The position numbers and the translations under genes are program-made. Below are positions 23,967 to 37,793 of a stretch of 64,000 bases of DNA, piece by piece; positions within the stretch are counted from its first letter, which is position 1, and every line of letters begins with the position of its first letter. The notes below the pieces were generated by a model. That model made no database searches. It was not told where the DNA came from and saw only the letters and a program-made list of their open reading frames with translations. The stretch spans positions 42,222,001 to 42,286,000 of the forward strand of contig OZ024750.1 of the NCBI GenBank assembly GCA_964016885.1, read 5' to 3'. This stretch comes from Eledone cirrhosa. Taxonomy: Eukaryota.

Positions 23967-25228
23967 ATTAGTTGTATTGTTAAAATTCCTCCAAATTCTT
24001 TGATTATTTTCAAAGTGATCTGTAAATGGGAAGCACTGTCTTTCATTAGAAATATGAGTAACGAAAGTCCATTGTAAAGGTATTTAAAATACTGGGTGGT
24101 GGGTGAGGAGAGGTTTGCATTTTGGTAGACAAGAATCTGTGGGTCAAACCAGGAAGAAGAACTTATTTCACTATTAATTATTATATCTCTGCCAAAACCT
24201 GGAAGAAAACTTGACAATAACAGCTGGACTACAAACCACCAGATTTCTATCTTCTTACTGACACTCTTCTATCCTTAGCTCTTAATATCCTGTACCACAT
24301 GAAACCTCATTAGCAAGATAGAGAGTATAAAATAACACTATGACTACATCTCATTAACTCTTAACAACCTGTACCATATACAACCACATTAGCAAGACAT
24401 TCTTGAAAGGTACAAACTAGCATTATGACTACATCACATTCAAAATCGAAGTCTTTGCTCAAATACTGCAAATTTTGACAAGTCTGTCAACTAGTAAAGA
24501 CACTGTAAACATTTGAATTAAGCCTTTTTAAAGATATTTTCTGTTGAATCATTTTTGAAACTTACTTGAAACTGCCTCTGGCACAAAACCATCCATTTTT
24601 AAGGGTTCCTGCTTAAATTATAATCTTTCAACATATTCCGTTAGAAAAACTATCTTAACAACAAAACAATAATTTTAGTAAATCCGTGAATTCTTCATTA
24701 ATTAATTGAAATACAATGAAAAGGTTAATAACGAGAAGAGTTAGCAACAAAACACCTGAGACAAATCAGTGATTAAAACGATTCATGGCGTCAGTGGTTA
24801 GCAAAATTATCTTCTCACAGAATCCATATGGTTTTCCAAAAAATGTGCAACCCATACCTATATTTTACAGAAAATCCTGCTACGCCTATTTAACCTTTAT
24901 TACGCTAGTAATTATGAGTTGTTTCCCTTGACTCTGCATTATCTATTAAGGGGAGATTACTCATATGGCGCCATGTGTTGCCCACAGTGTGCTGAAGGTT
25001 AATGAAGCCTTAACTTGATACCGAACCACCTGAAACTGTCCCTCGTTCTATATGAAACACTTTGACAACTGGATAGATTTCAATAAATCAAAGAGATATA
25101 TATGTTCAGTTGAAATCTAGATCAAAAATAAGTTTTATTTCACTAAAAAACCCCAATTATATTTTGTCAGGTTTCAAATTTTGTTGTAATTATAAGCCCT
25201 CCCTGGGGTGATATAGACTACAGGTGCC

Positions 25229-26320
25229 ACCATTCTGACTATACAGGCAATACCATTCTGACTATACAGGCAATACCATTCTGACTATACAGGCAATACC
25301 ATTCTGGCTATACAGGCAATACCATTCTGACTATACAGGCAATACCATTCTGACTATACAGGCAATACCATTCTGACTATACAGGCAATACCATTCTGGC
25401 TATACAGGCAATACCATTCTGGCTATACAGGCAATACCATTCTGGCTATACAGGCAATACCATTCTGGCTATACAGGCAATACCATTCTGGCTATACAGG
25501 CAATACCATTCTGACTATACAGGCAATACCATTCTGACTATACAGGCAATACCATTCTGACTATACAGGCAATACCATTCTGGCTATACAGGCAATACCA
25601 TTCTGGCTATACAGGCAATACCATTCTGGCTATACAGGCAATACCATTCTGGCTATACAGGCAATACCATTCTGGCTATACAGGCAATACCATTCTGGCT
25701 ATACAGGCAATACCATTCTGGCTATACAGGCGATACCATTCTGGCTATACAGGCGATACCATTCTGGCTATACAGGCGATACCATTCTGACTATACAGGC
25801 AATACCATTCTGGCTATACAGGCAATACCATTCTGACTATACAGGCAATACCATTCTGACTATACAGGCAATACCATTCTGGCTATACAGGCAATACCAT
25901 TCTGGCTATACAGGCAATACCATTCTGGCTATACAGGCAATACCATTCTGACTATACAGGCAATACCATTCTGACTATACAGGCAATACCATTCTGACTA
26001 TACAGGCAATACCATTCTGGCTATACAGGCAATACCATTCTGGCTATACAGGCAATACCATTCTGACTATACAGGCAATACCATTCTGGCTATACAGGCA
26101 ATACCATTCTGGCTATACAGGCAATACCATTCTGACTATACAGGCAATACCATTCTGACTATACAGGCAATACCATTCTGGCTATACAGGCAATACCATT
26201 CTGGCTATACAGGCAATACCATTCTGGCTATACAGGCAATACCATTCTGGCTATACAGGCAATACCATTCTGACTATACAGGCAATACCATTCTGACTAT
26301 ACAGGCAATACCATTCTGAC
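25229..26320. repeat. Minisatellite 23 bp x~47 (accattctgRctatacaggcaat)
   Basis: Near-perfect tandem with one main A/G variant site. Confidence 0.99.
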
Positions 26321-26389
26321 ATTTAGGTCAACATTTCTATTAAGTAATTTTCTTCATATTTCTGATTTTTTTTACCCCCCCCCCCCTTG

Positions 26390-26394
26390 AGAGA

Positions 26395-26442
<48 letters not shown>
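26390..26442. repeat. (GA)n/(GATA)n microsatellite
   Basis: Direct. Confidence 0.95.
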
Positions 26443-26444
<2 letters not shown>

Positions 26445-26559
26445 AGGAAAAAATAACAAACAAAAGCTTTTGTTTACAAACCCTAATTTTTGTTGAAGAT
26501 AAAGACATTGTATGAAGGAATAGTTCCTGTGAGTAGCCGGGAGAGGAGGCCATTGATTA

Positions 26560-27035
26560 TTTGAAGCACTTGGTATGAGAAGGCTCTAAGATTGATAGAT
26601 TGGTATTGCAGAGATGATGATGGCGAGCTGTAGTTGACCTGACACCAGTGTATCACTGGTACCTATTTTAAGCACTTGGTGCTATCCATCTATAAGATTC
26701 ATAGAATGGTATTGCCAAGTGATGATGGTGCTGATGATGATGATGATGAAGAGGATGAGCTACAGTTGACTGGACTGACACCAATGTATTACTGGTACCT
26801 ATTTTAAGCACTTGGTGCTATCCATCTATAAGTGACAACAACGATGATGATGATGATGATGAGCTGTAGTTGACTGGAGTGACACCAGTGTATTACTGGT
26901 ACCTATTTTAAGCACTTGGTGCTATCCATCTATAAGTGACAATGATGATGTTGATGAGCTGTAGTTGACTGGAGTGACACCAGTGTATTGCTGGTACCTA
27001 TTTTATAGGTCCTGGTAGAATTTGAATTCAGATCA
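26560..27035. repeat. ~95-135-bp tandem x4 containing the SINE B central motif
   Basis: gagctgtagttgactgga.tgacaccagtgtattactggtacctatttta... Confidence 0.85.
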
Positions 27036-27296
27036 CAGTAAGACAAGACTCAATACTAAAATACAGGGTTAAACATAAGAATGTGGAATTATTGAGAAGG
27101 GGAAATGGTAAACTGACATTTGTGCCTTTTTGAAATGAAGTAGAATTGCATCAAATGAGAAAGAAATCGAGTTTGTATCTAGAACACGGCTCTAGAGTTT
27201 AGCACTGTCTTGAAAAATGAAGTAATAAAACGAATATAACAAATATATGTCTTAAAATATTTCATGGTAGTATTTGTTAGTGAGCTTGAGTTTAAA

Positions 27297-27602
27297 TAAT
27301 AATAATAATAATTTTTACTATAGGCACAAGGTCAGCAATTTTTGGGAAGGGGAATGTCAATCAAATCACCCCCAGTGCATTACTAGTACTTTATTTTATC
27401 GACCCCCCGTAAAGATGAAAGGGTCGTAACTTTTATGCTGCAAAGCATGACGTCCGACCCTCTACAGATACTGCCAATCAATAATAATAGTAATAATAAT
27501 AATAATAATTGTTTCTATTTGAGGCACAAGGTCAGCAATTAACCAGTACATTACTGGTACTTTATTTTATCGACCCTGTAAGGATGAAAGGCGAAGTTAA
27601 CC
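27297..27602 (-). mobile_element. Two SINE family B copies
   Basis: 27310-27480 (deleted) and 27508-27602 (truncated), separated by (AAT)n. Confidence 0.8.
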
Positions 27603-28068
27603 TTTAAATGATGTAAAGTAGAGGCATATGGTATCGTTGTAGTTGTAAATAATTGATTATCCAGTTCCCTAAAGTATGTCAGTTTTTGAAATAGTATAAA
27701 AATATTATATTTTGAGATAAATCATTAAAATAGTAATTTTGTTAGTTTACCTGGAAGATATTTTCTATAACCTGTTGCATATGTTCTTGTTTAACACCTT
27801 TGACATCAAACAACTTGAAACTGCTGCTAGTTCTGCTACACAAAACTGTTTTACAGTGTTTTGGTGGTTAGAGAATTGGTTTCACAATTAGTTGATCTGG
27901 CTTGTCTCTAACCCATGCTAGTGTGGAAAAATGGCCGTTAAACAGTGATGATGATGATGATGGATTGTGAGGTTGCAAGCTTGATTCTTGGACTGGGCAA
28001 TGTGTTATGTCCTTCAGCAAGACACTTTATTTCATATTGCTCTTTCTGCCAGGAGTTGTGACCGGTAG

Positions 28069-28409
28069 ATCATCATCATTTCATTTTATGTCCGCTTTTT
28101 CCCTGCTTGCAAGGGTGAGACAGGAACTGATTCTGGCTTGATTTCTACAGCTGGATGCCCTTCCTAACACCAACCTCATTTACAGTGAGTGCTGGGTGCT
28201 TTTTTGCCGTGGCACCTCCACAACCATTTTGCAGTGGAATGATATTGACCCCAGTCCCTATCATCTCATTTCTACAGCTGAGTAAACTGGAGCAATGTGA
28301 AATAAAGTGTCTTGCTCAAGGAAACAACACATCACCCGGTCTGAGAATTGAACTCACAACCTTTCGATTGCAAGGCCAATGCTCTAACCACTAAGCCATG
28401 TGCCTCCAT
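28069..28409 (-). mobile_element. SINE family A, full length
   Basis: Complete reverse complement, head ends ccatgtgcctcca. Confidence 0.93.
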
Positions 28410-28659
28410 ACTAGATAGTATCAGCAATGGAAAGACCCATAGAAACATTGTTTCCATGGTTCGATTCAATATGTTCCACCGCACTTGGTAAGCAAGGGAG
28501 GTCTGGGATTTTGTTGATTCTTATAAAGAGAAGATATTTATCTAAAAGCATTTCACCATTATAAGTATGTATACGTACATACATATATGTATACAGACGT
28601 ACAGTAGTATGTATATATATATATACATACATGCACACATATATATATGTACGTATGGA

Positions 28660-29216
28660 TTCACCGAACATTTATTATAATGCTCGGTGTGTTTGTAAAC
28701 AAACATCCCGTATTAAGCCGTAGTGTCTAGCAACCATCGTTGCTCATTTGTTCAAACCTGACAAAGGAACGCTGTACTAGTTTTAAGCTTATTAGCTATC
28801 GTCAGCAACGTATACCTTCCTGCCAGATGATTGAACGTCCGAAAGTATATACTTTCCTTATGCATATTAACGGCTGAGTAGCCCAATTTGCATATCGAGT
28901 GGGTTAATCGGCCGGGTGCACCGAAAACGATAAACGGAAAAAATGAAACAAAATTTCAATTCTCACCCTTAGTACGGCTGTTACTTAAATATAATTTTAT
29001 GTAAAAGCCTTTAGCGAGCAGCGAACCAGAACAAACACCCTTACAGGAGTTCAATAACAGCAGTGCTGTTGCTAAGCTACAGGTGAACCTTGGTTGGAAA
29101 AAATAAAAAAAACCTCCGATCAAATGTGTTTTAGATGTTATCACTCTATCATTAAAGGATGTTATGAGTTAAACAAACAAGGTCCTTGGCATTGAAAAAA
29201 GGTTAGGGACCCACTG
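28660..29216. mobile_element. Possible hAT-type DNA transposon fragment (right end only)
   Basis: Locally CpG-rich; ends aaaaaaggttagggacccaCTG; no matching left end or TSD found. Confidence 0.35.
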
Positions 29217-29339
29217 GCAGACAGCACATATATTTGTCATGTACTCACACAAAAAGTGCAGCACTTATTTACTTAATTTTGTTTACTTAAAGTTGGTTGG
29301 GGTGGAGTGAAAGGGGCTTGTTATCTGAATCCCCACCAT

Positions 29340-29755
29340 GTGTCACCCATCACCACCATCCCCATCATCATTGCCATCATCACCACAAACATCATTGCCA
29401 CCGTCGCCACCACCAACATCACCACCACCACAACCATCACCACCACCACCACCACCATCACCACCACCACCATCATTGTCATCATCACCACTACCAACCG
29501 ACTCGACTTGTCACCACCACCACCACCACCACCACCATTACCATCATCACAACCACCACCACCACCATGACTATCATCACCACCACCACCATGACCACCA
29601 TGACCACCATGACCACCATGACCACCATCACCACCACGACCATCATCACCACCACCACCATCACCATGACTATCACCACCACCATCACCACCATGACCAC
29701 CCACCACCACCACCACCATCATTGTCATCATCATAATCATTATCATCATCACTAT
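29340..29755. repeat. (CAC/CAT)n microsatellite
   Basis: Direct. Confidence 0.97.
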
Positions 29756-29879
29756 TGATTTGTTTATTTTCCATATTGGCATGGGTTGGATGGGTTGTCA
29801 CAGTTTTGAGACTTTGTAGATTGGAGAACCAATTCAGTTATAGTGTTGTTTCTATGGCTGAATGTCCTTAATGCCAACA

Positions 29880-30640
29880 ACTTTACAGAGTGTACTGGGT
29901 GCATTTATAACATCAGCACTATCATGTTACAGAGTGTACTGGGTGTATTTGATTATGACGCCAACACTGTCACAAACCGTATTGGGTGCATTTTATTGTG
30001 GCCACATTACAGGGTGTAGTGGGTACATTATATTGTGACACCAGCGCTGCATGTTGAGGTGGCACTAACACTACATGTGGCGACGCGCTACATGTTGTGG
30101 TGGCACTAACACTACATGTGGTGACATGCTACATGTTGTGGTGGCACCCAGCGCTGTACAGTATATGGTGATACTAACACTACATGTGGTGACATGCTAC
30201 ATGTTGTGGTGGCACCCAGCGCTGTACAGTATATGGTGGCACTAACACTACATGTGGTGGCACTAAGACTACATGTTGTGGTGACACCAACGCTATATAA
30301 TATATGGCGACACCCAACACTACATTTTACCCAGTGCTGTACAGTCTATGGTGATACCAACACTACATGTTATCATGGCATCTTGTGGAACCAGTTCTCC
30401 AACATGTATAGATGTCCTCCTTCCCGTGGTAACAAACCCCATGTAGCAATTATATATGTAGGGTGACACCAGCTCTCCTACATGTATAGTGTCCTCCTTT
30501 CCATGTAGCAGTTATATATAGTGACACAAATTCTCCCACATGTATACATCACCTCCTTCCCATGTAGCAATTATATATAGGGTGACGATGATGACACCAG
30601 TTCTCCCACATGTGTAGATGTCTCCCTTTCCATGGTAACA
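29880..30640. repeat. Degenerate tandem repeats grown from a decayed SINE body
   Basis: tacagagtgtactgggtg, aacactacatgtggtg and gacaccagttctcc..catgtata units. Confidence 0.65.
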
Positions 30641-30976
30641 AACCCCAAGTAGTATGTACCAATTATAACACACCACCAATTAGTAGTTTCTGGTGTATAG
30701 TTACAAACTTGGTCGTATAAATATATATATATATTTATTTTTATTTTCTGTTTCCGTCTCAGCAAATGTACTAAATATATTTTACTAAATACTAAATATA
30801 TTTCAATACTAAATATATTTTACTACTAAATATATTTTACTACTAAATATGATTCAATACTAAATATATTTTACTACTAAATATATTTTACTACTAAATA
30901 TATTTCAATACTAAATATATTTCAGTTTGACATTTTTAAAACAAAAGTATATTATGTAAATCTATGATGAAATAAT

Positions 30977-31087
30977 TGTTTCTACTTTTGGCACAAGGCC
31001 AGCAATTAACCAGTGTATTACTGGTACTTTATTTTATCAACCCCGTAAGGATGAAAGGCAAAGTTGACCATGGCGGGATTTGAAGTC
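30977..31087 (-). mobile_element. SINE family B, 5'-truncated
   Basis: 19-bp TSD aaatctat(g/a)atgaaataat. Confidence 0.85.
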
Positions 31088-31351
31088 AAATCTATAATGA
31101 AATAATATTACTATAAGTATTAAAATATTAAATTTGAGAACATTTGAAAATTTGTTTGAAAAGAGATTGGCCAATTTGAAATTTTTAATTTAAGCCCCTC
31201 CCCCCGTGGCACCAGAGTTCTTTCCTTTCCTCTCCCTTTCCATTCTTTTTTTTTTTAAAAAATATTTTCTTATTTTACATTCCATTCTTTCTTTTCAAAC
31301 TAAATAAAAAAAAATATCTTGATACCAAACTGCCTGAAACGACTCTCTTTC

Positions 31352-33265
31352 TATCATCATCATCATCATCATGGTCCCTTAGCCCCTTTTGGGGTCGTTG
31401 GGACACTGCAGTACCAAACACTACATTAACTGCCTCCATCTCTGGTAGTTATGAGCTAGTCCTTGGATTGTAGCTCTTCCTCATCCACTCAGTTGTCTGT
31501 CCACCTCTGTCTGCCCCCTCCCCCACCCTTCCCCTGCAACTGTTCCTTGGAGAATGGTCTTACAGAGTCTGTCCAGTCTTGTCAAATGTCCATACCACCT
31601 CAACTTTCTCTTCACCATGGTCAACAGATGTCCAGTCTTGTCAAATGTCCATACCACCTCAACTTTCTCTCCTTCACCATGGTCAACAGATGTCCAGTCT
31701 TGTCAAATGTCCATACCACCTCAACTTTCTCTTCACCGTGGTCAACAGATGTCCAGTCTTGTCAAATGTCCATACCACCTCAACTTTCTCTTCACCATGG
31801 TCAACAGATGTCCAGTCTTGTCGAATGTCCATACCACCTCAACTTTCTCTTCTTCACCGTGGTCAACAGATGTCCAGTCTTGTGAAATGTCTATACCACC
31901 TCAACTTTCTCTTCTTCACCGTGGTCAACAGATGTCCAGTCTTGTCAAATGTCCATACCACCTCAACTTTCTCTTTTTCACCGTGGTCAACAGATGTCCA
32001 GTCTTGTCAAATGTCTATACCACCTCAACTTTCTCTTCTTCACCGTGGTCAACAGATGTCCAGTCTTGTCAAATGTCCATACCACCTCAACTTTCTCTTC
32101 TTCACCGTGGTCAACAGATGTCCAGTCTTGTCAAATGTCTATACCACAACTTTCTCTTCTTCACCGTGGTCAACAGATGTCCAGTCTTGTCAAATGTCCA
32201 TACCACCTCAACTTTCTCTTCTTCACCGTGGTCAACAGATGTCCAGTCTTATCAAATGTCCATACCTCCTCAACTTTCTCTTCTTCACCATGGTCAACAG
32301 ATGTCCAGTCTTGTCAAATGTCCATACCACCTCAACTTTCTCTTCTTCACTGTGGTCAACAGATGTCCAGTCTTGTCAAATGTCCATACCACCTCAACTT
32401 TCTCTTCTTCACCGTGGTCAACAGATGTCCAGTCTTGTCAAATGTCCATACCACCTCAACTTTCTCTTCACCATGGTCAACAGATGTCCAGTCTTGTCAA
32501 ATGTCCATACCTCCTCAACTTTCTCTTCTTCACTGTGGTCAACAGATGTCCAGTCTTGTCAAATGTCCATACCACCTCAACTTTCTCTCCTTCACCATGG
32601 TCAACAGATGTCCAGTCTTGTCAAATGTCCATACCACCTCAACTTTCTCTTCACCATGGTCAACAGATGTCCAGTCTTGTCAAATGTCCATACCACTTCA
32701 ACTTTCTCTTCACCGTGGTCAACAGATGTCCAGTCTTGTCAAATGTCCATACCACCTCAACTTTCTCTTCTTCACCGTGGTCAACAGATGTCCAGTCTTA
32801 TCAAATGTCCATACCTCCTCAACTTTCTCTTCTTCACCGTGGTCAACAGATGTCCAGTCTTGTCAAATGTCCATACCACCTCAACTTTCTCTTCTTCACC
32901 GTGGTCAACAGATGTCCAGTCTTGTCAAATGTCCATACCACCTCAACTTTCTCTTCTTCACCGTGGTCAACAGATGTCCAGTCTTGTCAAATGTCCATAC
33001 CTCCTCAACTTTCTCTTCTTCACCGTGGTCAACAGATGTCCAGTCTTGTCAAATGTCCATACCACCTCAATTTTCTCTTCTTCACCGTGGTCAACAGATG
33101 TCCAGTCATGTCAAATGTCCATACCACCTCAACTTTCTCTTCTTTACCGTGGTCAACAGATCTTCAAAGTGACCCACGTGCTGGGTGATTCCTTTGTGGA
33201 CCTCCTTGTTCGTGACATGTCTGTATGGGAGATTCCCAGGGTTCTTCTACAACATTTCCTCTTCA
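31352..33265 (-). mobile_element. RTE (BovB-like) LINE 3' fragment with internal tandem amplification
   Basis: Minus strand reads GHFEDLLTTVKKRKLRWYGHLTRLDRLCKTILQGTV.G; (TGA)n tail at 31352-31372. Confidence 0.85.
31570..33160. repeat. Minisatellite 62/59 bp x~26
   Basis: tgtccagtcttgtcaaatgtccataccacctcaactttctcttcttcaccgtggtcaacaga. Confidence 0.99.
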
Positions 33266-33835
33266 TTGTTCGGATCTTCCCTTCTATGATACTAAACTTC
33301 TAAAGTGTTTATATTTATCTAAAAATCTTCCTTCACAATTCTATGTAAGAACCTTTATGTTTCAAACATCAGCTAAATAATGAGAAAGTTATTTTACTAA
33401 ATCCCTCCAAATTCTTAATTATTTTCAAGATAATTTGAAAACTATAGGCAGTGTTTTTCTTTAGAAATAACCGGAAATGAAAGGGTTAAAGAAAATATTT
33501 TGTAGCACCATATTGAGGTCAGATCTATGTGGGGGAGGCAGTTGCCCTGCCCCATCTCAAATTTTGTTCTGTTCTATTACTTGTTAGTACATCATCATCA
33601 TCATACATCTACTTGTCCATGCTAATGCACATATTCACAATTTACTAAAATACTTAAACAGGAGCTACATTTATGTATATGGCTACATTATTTCTGGCCT
33701 ACATCTGTCACCAGTTGAGATGGGGCTACACTTTACATCTGGCCTAAATCTATTACTAGTTGAAATGAGGTGACACTTTACATCTGGCTAACTTTGCACA
33801 ATACTAGTCACATTTAAACCATTTACTACCATATA

Positions 33836-33934
33836 GTCTGAGATCAGCTCTCACCACCTCCACTCAGGTCTTCCATGGTCTACCTCTACTGCAGCTTCCA
33901 TCCACTGGGATATCCTGGCACTTCTTCACCCATC
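33836..33934 (-). mobile_element. Diverged fragment of the 3478-4495 RTE family
   Basis: Reverse complement aligns to ~4278-4375 (gatgggtgaagaagtgccagga...gtagaggtagacca...gaggtggtgaga). Confidence 0.8.
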
Positions 33935-34134
33935 AATTCAATCATTTGTACATCCATTGGTTTCTACCTTTATAAATAATTCCATCAACTGTTTGAGCCT
34001 AGATTTTCTACTGGTTAATTTCTGGTCATATCACATTGAAAACACCAGTTTTTCTCCAATCACCAAAGTTAAGTAATATGAAGCCCAGTTAGTAGTATTT
34101 AGAAGAGTGACCACTTGGGTCAGCTTATATTCTT

Positions 34135-34890
34135 TAAAGATCTTTCTGATGGTGGTGTGCCAGCATGGCCACAGTCACAGGCTGTTGGGAAGCCTAGGTG
34201 CTGTAAACATCTTTCTGTTGGTAGTGCCCCAGCATGGCCACAGTCACAGGCTGTTGGTAAGCCTAGGTGCTGTAAACATCTTTCTGTTGGTAGTGCCCCA
34301 GCATGGCCATAGATATGGACTGTAGGTAAACCTAGCTGTTGTAAACATCTTTCTGTTGGTAGTGCCCCAGCATGGCTACAGTCACTGACTGTAGGTAAAC
34401 CTAGGTGTTGTAAACATCTTTCTGATGGTGGTGCCCCAGCACGGCCACAGTCACAGGCTGTTGGTAAAAAGCCATCATTCTATTGGTAGTGCCCCAGCAT
34501 GGCCACAGTCACTGACTAGATAAACCTAGGTGTTGTAAACATCTTTCTGATGGTGGTGCCCCAGCATGGCCACAGTCACTGACTAGATAAACCTAGGTGT
34601 TGTAAACATCTTTCTGATGGTGGTGCCCCAACATGGCCACAGTCACTGACTAGATAAACCTAGGTGTTGTAAACATCTTTCTGATGGTGGTCCCCCAGCA
34701 TGGCCACAGTCACAGGCTGTTGGTAGTGCCCCAGCATGGCCACAGTCACTGGCTGTAAGTAAACTTAGCTGTTGTAAACATCTTTCTGATGGTGGTGCCC
34801 CAGCATGGCCACAGTCACAGGCTGTTGGTAAAAAGCCATCATTCTGTTGGCAGTGTTCCAGCATAGCTACAGACATGGGCTGTAACATCA
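34135..34890. repeat. Complex minisatellite, ~60-65-bp units with shorter variants
   Basis: gtaaacatctttctgatggtggtgccccagcatggccacagtcac repeated about 12 times. Confidence 0.92.
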
Positions 34891-35003
34891 TGTTAAAGAG
34901 TAAAAACTATTAATTATATATCAGAGACTTGGAGTAATAGAGTGGTGATCCTTGCCCATGTAGTTTGCCAAGTTTATTTGAAGGTTTTTAGCACTCTATA
35001 CTC

Positions 35004-35914
35004 TCAACCCTTTACCATTTACATTACTCTATATATACTGTTGTATTTTCACAGTAAAGGCTTTACTTCACATAATATCTCCCATAACATTTACATTACT
35101 CTATATATACTGTTGTATTTTCACAGTAAAGGCTTTACTTCACATAATATCTCCCATAACATTTACATTACTCTATATATACTGTTGTATTTTCACAGTA
35201 AAGGCTTTACTTCACATAATATCTCCCATAACATTTACATTACTCTATATATACTGTTGTATTTTCACAGTAAAGGCTTTACTTCACATAATATCTCACA
35301 TAACATTTACATTACTCTATATATACTATTATATTTTCACAGTAAAGGCTTTACCTCACATAATATCTCACATAACATTTACATTACTCTATATATACTA
35401 TTGTATTTTCACAGTAAAGGCTTTACCTCACATAATATCTACATTACTCTATATATACTATTATATTTTCACAGTAAAGGCTTTACCTCACATAATATCT
35501 CGCATAACATTTACATTACTCTATATATACTATTGTATTTTCACAGTAAAGGCTTTACCTCACATAATATCTACATTACTCTATATATACTATTATATTT
35601 TCACAGTAAAGGCTTTACTTCACATAATATCTCCCATAACATTTACATTACTCTATAATATATACTATTATATTTTCACAGTAAAGGCTTTACCTCACAT
35701 AATATCTCACATAACATTTACATTACTCTATATATACTATTGTATTTTCACAGTAAAGGCTTTACCTCACATAATAACGAATATATGAGATTTTGATATT
35801 ATGTTGAGAACAATACCTTAACATCAGTATGAACAGCCGGTTATGGCCAGTTTGAACAGAAAGAGGTGAGAGAATTCTGACCAGATATGGCCAGTTTAAA
35901 TTCTAAATGGTTAA
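35004..35914 (-). mobile_element. MITE P1 with internal 69/57-bp unit amplified ~11x
   Basis: Both termini retained (aaccctttacc...ctaaatggTTAA); repeat unit equals the MITE subterminal segment. Confidence 0.88.
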
Positions 35915-36825
35915 ACCTACCTATACCCAGATATTTTCACATTTGATATCTCACAGGTAGATAGTTAAGCAGAAATAATTTATAATGTTTAAAAAAGTTG
36001 CTTTTATTTAGTTATTTCTATATAACATCTTTTATTAATCCTGTTAAAATAAATAATTAAAATGACACCTGTTAAGGTTTTTAGGGGAACTCTGAATATA
36101 GACACAAAATAATGGTAGTTTTTTCCTTCTATATTGGAATTTATTTTCCAAGGGGGATGAAAAAAACCCCAACAAAACACAAACCGAATAATAGTTTTAT
36201 TTTTATTAAACATTTTTTCCATACATTTTTGCTGTAACAACTCGTGAAAATGAAAAGTTGACAATGTTTGTTTTTAATGACCTCATTAAGAAAGTTATCT
36301 CCCTTGGACCACCATGACTGACTTAAAACAATTGCTGTTTTGATATGTTTAATAATCAATGGTGCCTAATGGAAGATGGGAGAGCAGTGAAGCTATTGAC
36401 TCATTTTTAAACATTACATTATTTTTATTATTATTATTATTTTAGTTATTTGTTATGATATAATGATTTTTTTTCTTCTTCTCTCTCCCAGATTTTGTCC
36501 TATACTCAATCTCTCCCTACATATTTGTTCAGTTTTCCCTTCTTTTTTACTTCATCATTCACAGGAAGCATCATCATCATCATCATCGTTATTATTGATT
36601 GGAAAATGTATTATCCTTTGTTTTGTTTTTTTAAATGTTTATTTTTTTGGTCGTCTTCTTTATAAACCTTTCCCTCACAAAACCCCAAATTGTACTGTCC
36701 TTATTGTCCTTTTAATGTAAACCCTTTGTGGCTAATAAAAAAAAAACATTATTATTCCTGTGCTGTCCCTAATGTTATATTTTATGTCAACCCTTGTGGT
36801 TAATAAAGAAAGCATTATTATTATT

Positions 36826-36938
36826 TAGTTCAAATCCCGCCTTAGGTTAACTTTGCCTTTCATCTTTACAGGGTCGATAAAATAAAGTACCAGTAATGCA
36901 CTGGAGTAATTGCTGGCCTTGTGCCAAAAGTAGAAACA

Positions 36939-36994
<56 letters not shown>

Positions 36995-37203
36995 GATGCA
37001 TTGGCAGTATCATTTAAAATGCTGAACGCTCTGCGGTATTTAATTCTGGCCCTTTATGTTCTGAGTTCAAATCCTGCCAAAGTTAACTTTGCCTTTCATC
37101 CTTACAAGGTCGATAAAATAAAGTACCAGTAATACACTGGGGGTCGACTTCCCCTCCCTCCAAATTGCTGGCCTTTTGCCTATAGTAGAATTCATTATTA
37201 TTG
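36826..37203 (+). mobile_element. Two SINE family B copies in sense orientation, long (TTA)n tail
   Basis: 36826-36993 and 36997-37203. Confidence 0.85.
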
Positions 37204-37416
37204 TTGTTACTGTAATTAATAATTATGTCTCTAAATATTCTTGTAATTACATTATTAATTTATTATCCCTAATCTGAAATTATTTAAAAATATCGGCTAT
37301 TTATTTATTTGTTTGTTTAGTGGTAGAATGTTCTAGTTGTTTTACAGTGTTATAATATATATATTTATATAATATATATTTATATAATATATATTTATAT
37401 AATATATATTTATATA

Positions 37417-37450
<34 letters not shown>

Positions 37451-37618
37451 ATATATTGTTATACTTTGGGAGGGTCATGTTGCCAATAAGAAACACACGC
37501 ACCAGTTGCTTTCACTTCAATTTATTATATATTTATAAATTTATAAATTTACAAATTTACAAACTTATAAATTTCTGGTTGGTTGGTTGGTTCCACAACC
37601 AGATAGTTGTTTATATAT

Positions 37619-37663
37619 AGTCATAGTCCTTTTGTCACACACTCTGTGACCTCTTCAGTGACT
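37619..37663 (-). ncRNA. Hammerhead motif, left-arm copy (GAAA changed to AAAA)
   Basis: Mirror of 37749-37793 with one core substitution. Confidence 0.55.
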
Positions 37664-37748
37664 GGGGATTCCTTTCCTTTCTTCTATCCTACGCCATTTT
37701 GTTTCAGAAACAAAATGGCGTAGGATAGAACAAAGGAAAGGAATCCCC

Positions 37749-37793
37749 AGTCACTGAAGAGGTCACAGAGTGTGTGACGAAAGGACTATGACT
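37749..37793 (+). ncRNA. Minimal type I hammerhead ribozyme, right-arm copy
   Basis: agtca-CTGAAGA-g-gtcaca-gagtg-tgtgac-GAAA-ggac-TA-tgact; stem I agtca/tgact; one extra G before stem II. Confidence 0.7.

Noticed and set aside
25229-26320. CRISPR-like regular repeats (also 46740, 48087, 57796, 62756)
   Set aside because: Head-to-tail units with no unique spacers, no cas genes, eukaryotic context
29297-29782. His/Thr/Pro-rich ORFs (also 39174, 49106, 60680)
   Set aside because: Trinucleotide microsatellites open in several frames
31554-33303. 544 and 574 aa ORFs
   Set aside because: Stop-poor antisense strand of a tandemly amplified LINE segment
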